IMG/VR virus record: IMGVR_UViG_3300034107_000364
Source: a virus
Lineage: Duplodnaviria; Heunggongvirae; Uroviricota; Caudoviricetes
DNA length: 64,000 nt
Strand: one strand, 5' to 3'
Under the pieces are notes generated by a model. That model was not told the origin of the DNA and made no database searches. It saw nothing but the letters and a program-made list of their open reading frames with translations. Of the stretch, positions 54,751 to 63,126 are shown in pieces. The translations under genes were made by a program, and so were the position numbers. Within the stretch, counting starts at the first letter, position 1; each line of letters begins with the position of its first letter.

Positions 54751-55716
54751 ATGAAAATAGTTAAATTATTCGACGATTATCTAAATATTGCTGCTTCTCA
54801 GCAGAATATGTCAAGAGAACAGTATGCTGCATTTTATATGTCAGAAAAATCAATTACTGAAGAAGGTGATACTCTTACTGAATTAAATAATATGACTTTA
54901 GGTCAATTAGAAAGAATTGAAGATTATGCTGAAATGATCGGAGATCGCATGAAAGGCGGTCAAAAATTAGAATCTTGGATGTTTTCTCAAATCACTGGAG
55001 CGGTGGACAATCTAAACGCAGTTCATGATGCAATGGATGGTGTTGATGGTATTAAAGAAAAGAAAATCACAGTTGATTGGGAAGATGATGAAAATGCATT
55101 TATATTCTCAGATGATGGTATGGTTAAAGTTGATTATGATGGAGATTTTCAATACAGAGGTAAATGGTTTTCAACAGCAGAACACACTGGACCAGAAGAT
55201 TTACTTAAAGATTTAAATAAAGCATTCAAAGGCGATAAATTCGTTTATATTAGTGAATCTAAAAATTCTGATGCATTAGCAAAAGGAATTGATTCAGCAA
55301 TTATTAAAATTGATGACTCTTTGTCATACACTGATTTTGCATTAGCAGTTGCTAAGGTATTGATCGATGAATACGGTACACATAATTTTGGACCATTCAT
55401 GTCAGTATTACACAAAGAATTAGGTTTAAAAGAAAGCGTAGTTAATGAGAAGAAAGATGACTATCCAGTTTATCACAATCTCTATTCCTCAGCTATTAAT
55501 GCAGTTGAAATATATGCTAATTCTCAAGGATATACATTAGATCCTAAAGAATACGGTGATGCTTATATAGATGCATTCTTTAAACCAAATGATGGTAAAA
55601 CCAAAAAAGATACCTTAACACTTTTTAAAAACGATAAGGAACAAAAGAAATCTTTACATGTTCAAATTTATAATAGAGGAAACGATAAATTTGAATTGAA
55701 TATGTATATTAACTAA
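54751..55716 (+). CDS. hypothetical protein with CTS-like leader (321 aa)
   Basis: MKIVKLFDDYLNIA; internal ESVVNE motif. Confidence 0.55.
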   Translation: MKIVKLFDDYLNIAASQQNMSREQYAAFYMSEKSITEEGDTLTELNNMTLGQLERIEDYAEMIGDRMKGGQKLESWMFSQITGAVDNLNAVHDAMDGVDGIKEKKITVDWEDDENAFIFSDDGMVKVDYDGDFQYRGKWFSTAEHTGPEDLLKDLNKAFKGDKFVYISESKNSDALAKGIDSAIIKIDDSLSYTDFALAVAKVLIDEYGTHNFGPFMSVLHKELGLKESVVNEKKDDYPVYHNLYSSAINAVEIYANSQGYTLDPKEYGDAYIDAFFKPNDGKTKKDTLTLFKNDKEQKKSLHVQIYNRGNDKFELNMYIN

Positions 55717-55733
55717 TATGGAAGCAGACAGTC

Positions 55734-55973
55734 GTGAGTATAACGAAAAAACTAAAAAGCCGTCTATCAACATGGAGCATGATGGTAGCCCTATTTTTCA
55801 ATCCGCTTGGGTTCGACGTAATTCAGTACTGGTTGATCCAGACGACTGGAAGTCTTTGGCGCGCCAATTTCGTTATGTATTTTATTGCGGCGTCGTTCTT
55901 TGGGCTATCCATATTATTTCGCTGGCAATTAAAGCGTAAAGAGAATGAAACACATGATAGTTTAGATGTATAA
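55734..55973 (+). CDS. small membrane protein (2 TM) in GC-rich island
   Basis: MMVALFFNPLGFDVIQYWLI and FVMYFIAASFFGLSILF helices; preferred over overlapping 55718-55939 ORF, but frame choice uncertain. Confidence 0.35.
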   Translation: MSITKKLKSRLSTWSMMVALFFNPLGFDVIQYWLIQTTGSLWRANFVMYFIAASFFGLSILFRWQLKRKENETHDSLDV

Positions 55974-55986
55974 CTAATAAACGTTT

Positions 55987-56790
55987 ATGTTATTAATATC
56001 GAACAAAGGTAATATTACAGGACCTAACGTATTATTAGAAAATACACCAGATTATATAGATTTCGCAATTCAACAAGGATACAATGTCAAAATAGATTTT
56101 TGGTATCAAGACAATAAATTCTTTTTAGGTGCAAATGGACCAAAAACCCAAATAGATTGGGATTGGCTTACAAATATAAAACGTTTAGAATATCTATGGA
56201 TTAATTGCATGGATACTCAAACGTTTTCTTTTTTATTAGAGAATGCTCCATCTCTTAATTTCTTCTATAACAAAAGTGATAATATTACAATAACTTCTAA
56301 GGGTATTCCTTGGTCTAATATCACAAATCAATACACTTCTAATACTATTTCATGTAATGACACGAACATCGATAAGGTTGTGGGTGTGTGTTCTGATTGG
56401 GTTTCTAAATGGTCTAAACAGATAGCCATTTGTTTTTATGGAAACGCTGGTCTGCCTAGTAAGCGTATCATTAAGAATCATAAGTTAAATTTAATTAAGC
56501 CTTTAGAAGAGCTGGGATTTCATTTGGAGTACTATGGTTCCAAGATAATGAATTACAAAGAGACTGATCTTAAATACAACGAGATATATAACTTCAGAGG
56601 ATTAATATCCCATTTAAAAGATTCTGATAAAGATCAAGAAGAATTTGAATTAATACAACTCAAATCAATGTATGACATGATGGGAGATAATGTATATGAA
56701 ACCATATTCTTTATAAAATGGGATCAAGAATTAAAAGAAGAAGAAATAAAGAATCATATAAAAACATTTAAAACAAATGAAGAAAGTTAA
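55987..56790 (+). CDS. hypothetical protein (267 aa)
   Basis: ORF. Confidence 0.5.
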   Translation: MLLISNKGNITGPNVLLENTPDYIDFAIQQGYNVKIDFWYQDNKFFLGANGPKTQIDWDWLTNIKRLEYLWINCMDTQTFSFLLENAPSLNFFYNKSDNITITSKGIPWSNITNQYTSNTISCNDTNIDKVVGVCSDWVSKWSKQIAICFYGNAGLPSKRIIKNHKLNLIKPLEELGFHLEYYGSKIMNYKETDLKYNEIYNFRGLISHLKDSDKDQEEFELIQLKSMYDMMGDNVYETIFFIKWDQELKEEEIKNHIKTFKTNEES

Positions 56791-59212
56791 ATTATTTGAA
56801 GAATTCATAAGCGAAGTTTCAAAGCAAATGATTTCTGGAACAAGCGGTAGAACTATCACCACTTTAGATAATCGTAAATACGAATTAAAGAAGGATGTCA
56901 AAGATGCTAAGATTGGTAATTATATTAATGTAGTTTTACCAAAGGGTACTATTATCACTAATTTACCAGGTGGTGTTTTTGCAAATCATAAAGATCTTAA
57001 AGACAAATATTGTACAGGATATAAATCTGAAAGATGGGATGAAAAATTCGGAGTGGGAATTAGAACAATGCCAGATACATTAGAAGCTATTGAAGATAAT
57101 TCTAAAGTATTGGAATCAATTAGCCTTGAAGAAACTTTAAATGAATTACATTTAAGTTCTGCTGGTGTTAAAGATTTTTTAAGAGCTATTTATAATAGCA
57201 ATACTAATATAATACAGAAGTTAAACTTTAAAAATTTTAGAGGTTTAACAGATTATATCAAAGGAAGTGATATAGAAGAATTTGATGAATTACGAGATGA
57301 AGCAAAGGCAGCTGGATTAATATTGTTAGAATCAACCCTTAATGAAGCTAAAAAACAAAAATTTGTTTTATATACAAATCCTGGAAATTCAACCAGTGCG
57401 GGTTATATTGCAATTGGAGCAGCAGATGTAAGAGAAGTTCTAAGTGACGCAAAAAACTATTCTGATAGTTGTAAAATATTATATCAAGGAACGGGTACAC
57501 AAGATGATCTTGTAAAAGCTAAAAACATGTTTAGTGGTTATAGATTCGGTGATGAATCAATCGATGAAGCAGTTGAGTTAGTACATGTTTATGATACTAA
57601 AGGTGAATTACAAGGAACTGGTGAGTTAGTAAAAACTAGAGCTAATAAATCTCTAATTAGATGGGATGGTTCTAGTGAAGAATGGATCGATTCGAAATTG
57701 GTGAAATTAGTTGAAGGAATGATTAGTCCTAAAATGGCAAATGGTTTTAAAATTGGAAACAAAATTAAAACTCAAAAAGGAACTTACACAATAACTGGAT
57801 TTGGTTCAAAAACTGGAGCAACTAGAGATTTTGAAGCTGAAAATGAAAATGGAGATAAATTCAATTTAAGAGTTTCATTAAGAGGTGCTACGGGTATTCA
57901 AGTTGCAGCTGGTAAAAGTTTAAACTTTCCAGAGCAAGAAGAAATGTTAGAATCTACAATTAATGAAGATGCTGCAACCACATTTTTAATACTAATGCAA
58001 TCTGCCATGGTTATGGGACAATTAGCATTATTAGGTAATAAAATAAGTGCAGGTGGTGGTACTACTCCAATTGAAGATTTAAAAAATTGGTGGCAAAAAA
58101 GAAAATCTGATAAAGCTGTAAAATCAATCATTGATAAAATTAAAGATGACAAAGATATTGTTGAATTTATGAAGCTTACGCCTTCTCAACAACGTGGTAA
58201 ATTTAGATCATTAGTTGCAACTAAATTAAATGACGAAGAATTAAATTATTTGAATAAGATTAATAGAAATCATTTTCAAACTGAATCTTTAGATGAAAAC
58301 TTTCCAGGTCCTGGCGAAACAGTAGATGCTAAAGATCTTGATTACGATATGTTAGATTATTTTAGCAGAACTAATAAAGTATTATCAATCGATACAAAGT
58401 CCAAAAAAGGAATTAAAGGTTCTGTTGGTAAAATGTATAATGATTTAGTTTTTAACGGAGATAGTATTGCCAAAAAAGACATCGTACGTGTAAAGATCTT
58501 AGAAGGTACTTATAATAACGATAGAGAAATTGCAATCTACGACGGTGAAGATGGATTAACTTACATTGAAAAACGTGGTAAAGGATACTATGGTTACAAT
58601 GATGAGTTTGATTTTGAAGCAGAAGATAAAGCTGAATTAGAAAAGAAACTAAAATCATGGAAATATAAATTAATGTCAGGTTCTATTGACGAGGCATTTG
58701 TAGGACCATTTTTCTTTAGTAATTCAACATCTGATGAAGATCTAAAGAAAATGTATGATGACGCATTAAGTGGATATGCTAATTGGTTAAAAGGATTTGA
58801 ATATCCAAAAGCAGATTATAAGAAAGCATATCAAGAAATTGAAAAACTTCTTAAGAAAAGAGGAATTAAGGTTGATGAGTCTATTGTTAACGAGCATTCT
58901 TTACAGGAATCTAAGTACTTGAATGAAGCTAAGATTTTATCAAGAGTAGAAATGAAAAACGTAATGGTTACTAAATATGGTCTTAGTTTCGTAAAAAATT
59001 CGGAAGAGTTTGACGGTGAAGAAGGTGGTATTTGGTTAGGTGGTAACGACGGTTTATTAATGCCAAATGCGAAAGATGAAATGTTTAACTATTACCATGG
59101 AGGATCTAAATTTCCACAAGGTATTCACAAAGATCTTGCTAAATTTTTAGATAAGTGTGGATGGTATGGTCAATTTGCAGATCCAGGAACAGTAATGCTT
59201 TGGCCAAGATAA
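56777..59212 (+). CDS. large protein (811 aa) with CTS-like leader and internal (L/I/V)xE motifs
   Basis: MKKVKLFEEFISE|VS; internal DESIVNEH and SKYLNE|AK. Confidence 0.55.
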   Translation: MKKVKLFEEFISEVSKQMISGTSGRTITTLDNRKYELKKDVKDAKIGNYINVVLPKGTIITNLPGGVFANHKDLKDKYCTGYKSERWDEKFGVGIRTMPDTLEAIEDNSKVLESISLEETLNELHLSSAGVKDFLRAIYNSNTNIIQKLNFKNFRGLTDYIKGSDIEEFDELRDEAKAAGLILLESTLNEAKKQKFVLYTNPGNSTSAGYIAIGAADVREVLSDAKNYSDSCKILYQGTGTQDDLVKAKNMFSGYRFGDESIDEAVELVHVYDTKGELQGTGELVKTRANKSLIRWDGSSEEWIDSKLVKLVEGMISPKMANGFKIGNKIKTQKGTYTITGFGSKTGATRDFEAENENGDKFNLRVSLRGATGIQVAAGKSLNFPEQEEMLESTINEDAATTFLILMQSAMVMGQLALLGNKISAGGGTTPIEDLKNWWQKRKSDKAVKSIIDKIKDDKDIVEFMKLTPSQQRGKFRSLVATKLNDEELNYLNKINRNHFQTESLDENFPGPGETVDAKDLDYDMLDYFSRTNKVLSIDTKSKKGIKGSVGKMYNDLVFNGDSIAKKDIVRVKILEGTYNNDREIAIYDGEDGLTYIEKRGKGYYGYNDEFDFEAEDKAELEKKLKSWKYKLMSGSIDEAFVGPFFFSNSTSDEDLKKMYDDALSGYANWLKGFEYPKADYKKAYQEIEKLLKKRGIKVDESIVNEHSLQESKYLNEAKILSRVEMKNVMVTKYGLSFVKNSEEFDGEEGGIWLGGNDGLLMPNAKDEMFNYYHGGSKFPQGIHKDLAKFLDKCGWYGQFADPGTVMLWPR

Positions 59213-59232
59213 TAACAAAAGTACATTAGATT

Positions 59233-59610
59233 ATGAGACACGTTAAAACATATGAAGACTACAACAATTTAAATGAATATAATGATTTAAAGGGATCAGA
59301 AGTATGGAGACATATTAAAGATATTACACCTGAAAAAGAAAATATTCCAAATGGATTTAAAAAAGATATTGTTGGTAGAACATTTGCAAACGTAGATGAT
59401 TTTGATATGAAGTCTTTATTAAAAACCGATCCTGATTTTAAAGAATATTATGATTCAGGAGAAGAACGTTACACTGATGACGATGTAAGTCCAAGAGATC
59501 TTTCATTAGAAATAGTTGTCGTTGATGGTGTTTTATTAGATGGATATTCTAGAGTTGCTAATCTTTTAAGAAATGGTGAAAAAACAACTTCGGCTTTTAT
59601 AGCAAAATAG
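59233..59610 (+). CDS. hypothetical protein with CTS-like leader (125 aa)
   Basis: MRHVKTYEDYNNLNE|YN. Confidence 0.5.
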   Translation: MRHVKTYEDYNNLNEYNDLKGSEVWRHIKDITPEKENIPNGFKKDIVGRTFANVDDFDMKSLLKTDPDFKEYYDSGEERYTDDDVSPRDLSLEIVVVDGVLLDGYSRVANLLRNGEKTTSAFIAK

Positions 59611-59634
59611 TTAGATATATTAAATAATATTTCA

Positions 59635-59668
59635 AAGGAGGTACTTTTAAAGTTACCTCCTTTTTTAT
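59635..59668 (+). terminator. rho-independent terminator
   Basis: AAGGAGGTACttttaaaGTTACCTCCTT + T6. Confidence 0.7.
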
Positions 59669-59701
59669 TTTGATATATAGTATATAAATAAATTTATAAT
59701 C

Positions 59702-60430
59702 ATGAAATATATCAAATTATTTGAAGAATTTGTAAGCGAGGGCGTATATGATCCAGGAATCCTTAAGGCATTCTTTATGGCAGGTGGACCAGGAAGTGGT
59801 AAATCTTATGTTGCAACAGAACTTTTTGATTTTCCAAAAGGAAAAGTAGGTTCAGTGTCTTATGCAACTGGACTTAAATTAGTTAATAACGATAATGCAT
59901 TCGAAAAAGGCTTAAAAGATGCTGGATATAATGCAGGAGATCTTGCAGATTTAGCAAAAGATCCTGAAAAATGGGCTGAAGTTATGGTTATTAGAGATAA
60001 AGCTAAAAACTTGACCAGAGGACTTCAAAATAACTATTTAAATTCTAGATTAGGTCAAGTAATTGATGGAACTGGTAAAGATTTTGATAAGATTAGTAAA
60101 ACTAGAGATATTTATCAAAACTTAGGTTATGATACATATATGGTTTTCGTTAATACATCATTAGAAGTTGCATTAGAGCGAAATCAAATGAGAGAAAGAA
60201 AGTTAGAAGATAAAATGGTTGAAAAAATGTGGAAAGAAGTTCAAAATAACTTAGGTCACTTTCAAAAACTATTTGGATCTGATAAAATGTTAATTGTTGA
60301 TAATTCAGCATATGGTGAAGATCTATTAGATCAAGCCGAAAAGCAAATTAACAGAAACTTGGGTACACCAGTTCAAAATCCATTAGGTAAACGTTGGATT
60401 CAAGAACAACTAGCAGCAAAAAAACAATAA
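59702..60430 (+). CDS. P-loop NTPase (kinase-like) with CTS-like leader
   Basis: MKYIKLFEEFVSE|GV then Walker A GGPGSGKS; adenylate/polynucleotide-kinase-like size (242 aa). Confidence 0.55.
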   Translation: MKYIKLFEEFVSEGVYDPGILKAFFMAGGPGSGKSYVATELFDFPKGKVGSVSYATGLKLVNNDNAFEKGLKDAGYNAGDLADLAKDPEKWAEVMVIRDKAKNLTRGLQNNYLNSRLGQVIDGTGKDFDKISKTRDIYQNLGYDTYMVFVNTSLEVALERNQMRERKLEDKMVEKMWKEVQNNLGHFQKLFGSDKMLIVDNSAYGEDLLDQAEKQINRNLGTPVQNPLGKRWIQEQLAAKKQ

Positions 60431-60437
60431 TATAGCA

Positions 60438-60824
60438 ATGTCAGACAACAGATCAAATAGCGAATTAGTTAGAGAATTACTCGAAGCATTCTCTGCACTT
60501 AAACATAAAATGGAAGATCCAAATTATGTTCAATTAGAAGGATCCATTAAACAACTTATCGATAATCAAAATAGCATGAAAGATGATATTGGTGATCTTA
60601 AACAAAGATTACTAAATCCTTATGATGGTGTTATTGTTGAGATCAGAAAGAATACTGAGTTTAGACATGAATGGGAAAGAAAACAAAAAGAACTAGAAAA
60701 ACTTCAAGAAGAGCATAGAGATCTTTTGAAGTGGAAAACTGGCTTTGTTAAAATCTTTTGGACAATATTTACAACAACTGTAGGTGTAATAGCTTATATG
60801 ATAACTAATACATTTAAAAAATGA
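60438..60824 (+). CDS. coiled-coil protein with C-terminal TM (128 aa)
   Basis: IFWTIFTTTVGVIAYMITN helix. Confidence 0.45.
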   Translation: MSDNRSNSELVRELLEAFSALKHKMEDPNYVQLEGSIKQLIDNQNSMKDDIGDLKQRLLNPYDGVIVEIRKNTEFRHEWERKQKELEKLQEEHRDLLKWKTGFVKIFWTIFTTTVGVIAYMITNTFKK

Positions 60825-61375
60825 TATTTGATAGAATCTCTTTAGTATCTGCTTACAAAGCTCTTAAATATGTAAATGACAATGACGGTAGAGTCACTGA
60901 AATTTTATTTAATAGACAAGCTTTCTATGGTACAAAAACCAGTTTAAGATTTAAAGACATAGCTGAGTTAAAAGCATATATCACAAATGAATTTCCTTAT
61001 CAATATTTCGATCCTGATTGTGATTGCGGTACTGGAGTAGAAAGTATACAACGTTTACTATCATTTAATGTGTATTTAAAAGATTTAAAAACTCAAAAAG
61101 AATCCAAACATGCAATTTTTGTTAATAATCTAAGAAGAGATTTTGAATCAATTAAAGAATTACAATTAAATAATTTAAGTGTTAAAAAGGTACAAGAGGT
61201 TTTTGAAGGTAACTTAAGATTAGATTTTCTTAAAGAGAATTATATCTGTGAAAGTTATATTCAACGACAAGGTAACTATGTAAATCCATGTGACTATATA
61301 GAGATAGTTTCCAATGATTTTTATAAAGAACTAATAGCTAATCATTATTATCTAACACAAAACTATGATATTTGA
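60821..61375 (+). CDS. hypothetical protein (184 aa)
   Basis: ORF. Confidence 0.5.
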   Translation: MIFDRISLVSAYKALKYVNDNDGRVTEILFNRQAFYGTKTSLRFKDIAELKAYITNEFPYQYFDPDCDCGTGVESIQRLLSFNVYLKDLKTQKESKHAIFVNNLRRDFESIKELQLNNLSVKKVQEVFEGNLRLDFLKENYICESYIQRQGNYVNPCDYIEIVSNDFYKELIANHYYLTQNYDI

Positions 61376-61421
61376 TACTAAGTAATAAAAATTGAATATA
61401 TAAAAAAAAGAAAAGTATCAA

Positions 61422-63101
61422 ATGGATATCGGTAACATCGAAAATTATAGTTTTATACACGGACTTCATAGAAACATGGTTAATGGAAAATGGTTTCCAT
61501 TACATCCGCATACTTTAGGAAGACCACTAACCCATTCTGAAATGGACTATAATTTGTTGTATTCTCAACAAACTATGGCAGGTTGGAGAATATTTGGTCA
61601 GAATACTAATTTAACTCTTTCTGATAATGAATTAGAAAAATCATTAATATTTTGGAAAATTAGTGCATTAGATACTGATTACGACAGATATGTAGCCGCT
61701 GGTTATACTTCAGGTCAATATATTTGGATTACGCCTCAATATGATTGTAATGATTTTTATGTTAATTTTGCATCTAAAACAGATGCAATCGATAATTGTG
61801 GAGGATTTATTATTACGTTAGCATCAACTACAAATGCAACGCAAATTCCAGATCCAACACCAATACCAACTACTGTATATAGCAGTGGAAGTGGAAGTGG
61901 TGGAGGTTCAGGTATAACACCGACTGCAACACCAATTCCACCAACTGCAACACCAATTCCACCAACTGCAACTGCAATTAGTTCAGGTGGAGGTTCAGGT
62001 GATGGAGGTGCTGGTATAACACCAACATCTACACCAGATAGTGGTAGTGGAGGAGGAAGTGGAGGAAGTGGTTTACCAGATCCTACTGCAACATTAGATG
62101 AATCTATTAGACCTACACCGACTGCAACATTAGATGAATCTATTAGACCTACACCAACACCAACAGATGTTGAAGTTTTACCAGATCCAACTGCAACTGA
62201 AGTGATCCCAACTGCAACGCCAGTTCCAGATCCTACTGCAACAGAAGCAATAAGACCTACCGCAACACCAATTATAGATGGTCGATTAAATTATGAATTT
62301 ATAGTTTGCTTTAATCCTGAAGGAAAAGCACAACCTAATTATATATGTACAGCTGAAACATTAACTGAAGCTGGATTTACTATTATACCACCAACTCTTG
62401 ACGATACAATTACAATAGAAGGTGAATTAAATACAGGTGCTGTTTACATTTTTAGAAGTGTAACACCGAGTACTGATTTAAGTCTTGAGAGAATATTAAC
62501 ACATAATATATTTGGATGCGAAGGTGTTAGAACACCAGATCCAGATCCAATTGAGGGAAGACCAACTGCAACACCAGTTCCTGCACCGACTGCAACGCCA
62601 GTTCCTGCACCGACTGCAACAGCTATTCCTGCACCGACTGCAACACCAGTTATTCCAACTGCAACACCAGTTCCTGCACCAACTGCAACGCTAATTCCTG
62701 CACCAATTGCAACTGAGATACCAATAGAACCAACATCTACACCAGATAGTGGTAGTGGAGGAGAAGCTATAAGACCTACTCCAACACCTGAAGATTTAGG
62801 TAAAACAGGTTTTTGTCATTTCATATTCGTACCAGAAACTGAACAAACAGAAGGTTTCGGTTTAAATTATAATCTTAATGGAATACAAAATACACTATTC
62901 AGTGAACTTATGTCTGCACCAGCTGAAATAAATGGAACACGAGGTATTGTATATAATATATGTAGCACATTGCAACCTAATTATTGGGATAGCATAAATA
63001 ACTTTATAATGGCATATCCAGAAGGCGTATATGCATTACCGATGGGCGGAGAATGTGCATCAAACTTTGAATGTCGATATGAAGGCGAACCTTTTAGATA
63101 A
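61422..63101 (+). CDS. Pro/Thr-rich repeat protein (559 aa), putative fibre/adhesin
   Basis: PTATP(I/V)P(A/P/D) octapeptide tandem repeats and GSG runs between globular segments. Confidence 0.55.
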   Translation: MDIGNIENYSFIHGLHRNMVNGKWFPLHPHTLGRPLTHSEMDYNLLYSQQTMAGWRIFGQNTNLTLSDNELEKSLIFWKISALDTDYDRYVAAGYTSGQYIWITPQYDCNDFYVNFASKTDAIDNCGGFIITLASTTNATQIPDPTPIPTTVYSSGSGSGGGSGITPTATPIPPTATPIPPTATAISSGGGSGDGGAGITPTSTPDSGSGGGSGGSGLPDPTATLDESIRPTPTATLDESIRPTPTPTDVEVLPDPTATEVIPTATPVPDPTATEAIRPTATPIIDGRLNYEFIVCFNPEGKAQPNYICTAETLTEAGFTIIPPTLDDTITIEGELNTGAVYIFRSVTPSTDLSLERILTHNIFGCEGVRTPDPDPIEGRPTATPVPAPTATPVPAPTATAIPAPTATPVIPTATPVPAPTATLIPAPIATEIPIEPTSTPDSGSGGEAIRPTPTPEDLGKTGFCHFIFVPETEQTEGFGLNYNLNGIQNTLFSELMSAPAEINGTRGIVYNICSTLQPNYWDSINNFIMAYPEGVYALPMGGECASNFECRYEGEPFR

Positions 63102-63126
63102 AAAATTAAAATAAAAATATAAACAA

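Noticed and set aside
227-58658. All other minus-strand ORFs in the track (for example 227-487, 541-729, 8498-8758, 19101-19325, 22995-23363, 23946-24335, 28465-28752, 41114-41347, 48631-48870, 57898-58152).
   Set aside because: Each lies wholly inside a longer + strand ORF that has recognisable domains or follows a promoter cassette. The window is uniformly + strand, back-to-back genes with no minus-strand promoter cassettes or terminators.
11065-62694. Nested + strand ORFs 11065-11268, 13381-13614, 41779-41979, 55025-55216 and 62512-62694.
   Set aside because: They are alternative-frame ORFs inside longer, better-supported genes. The 62512 one is a frame-shifted reading of the PT-repeat, giving an artificial QLQHQ periodicity.
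61860-63101. Bacteroidetes O-glycosylation sequon D-(S/T)-(A/I/L/V/M/T) in the PT-rich linkers.
   Set aside because: The linkers are PTATP(V/I)P(A/D/E), and Asp is followed by Pro (DPT), not Ser/Thr. The canonical sequon is absent, so only a generic glycosylation possibility is kept.
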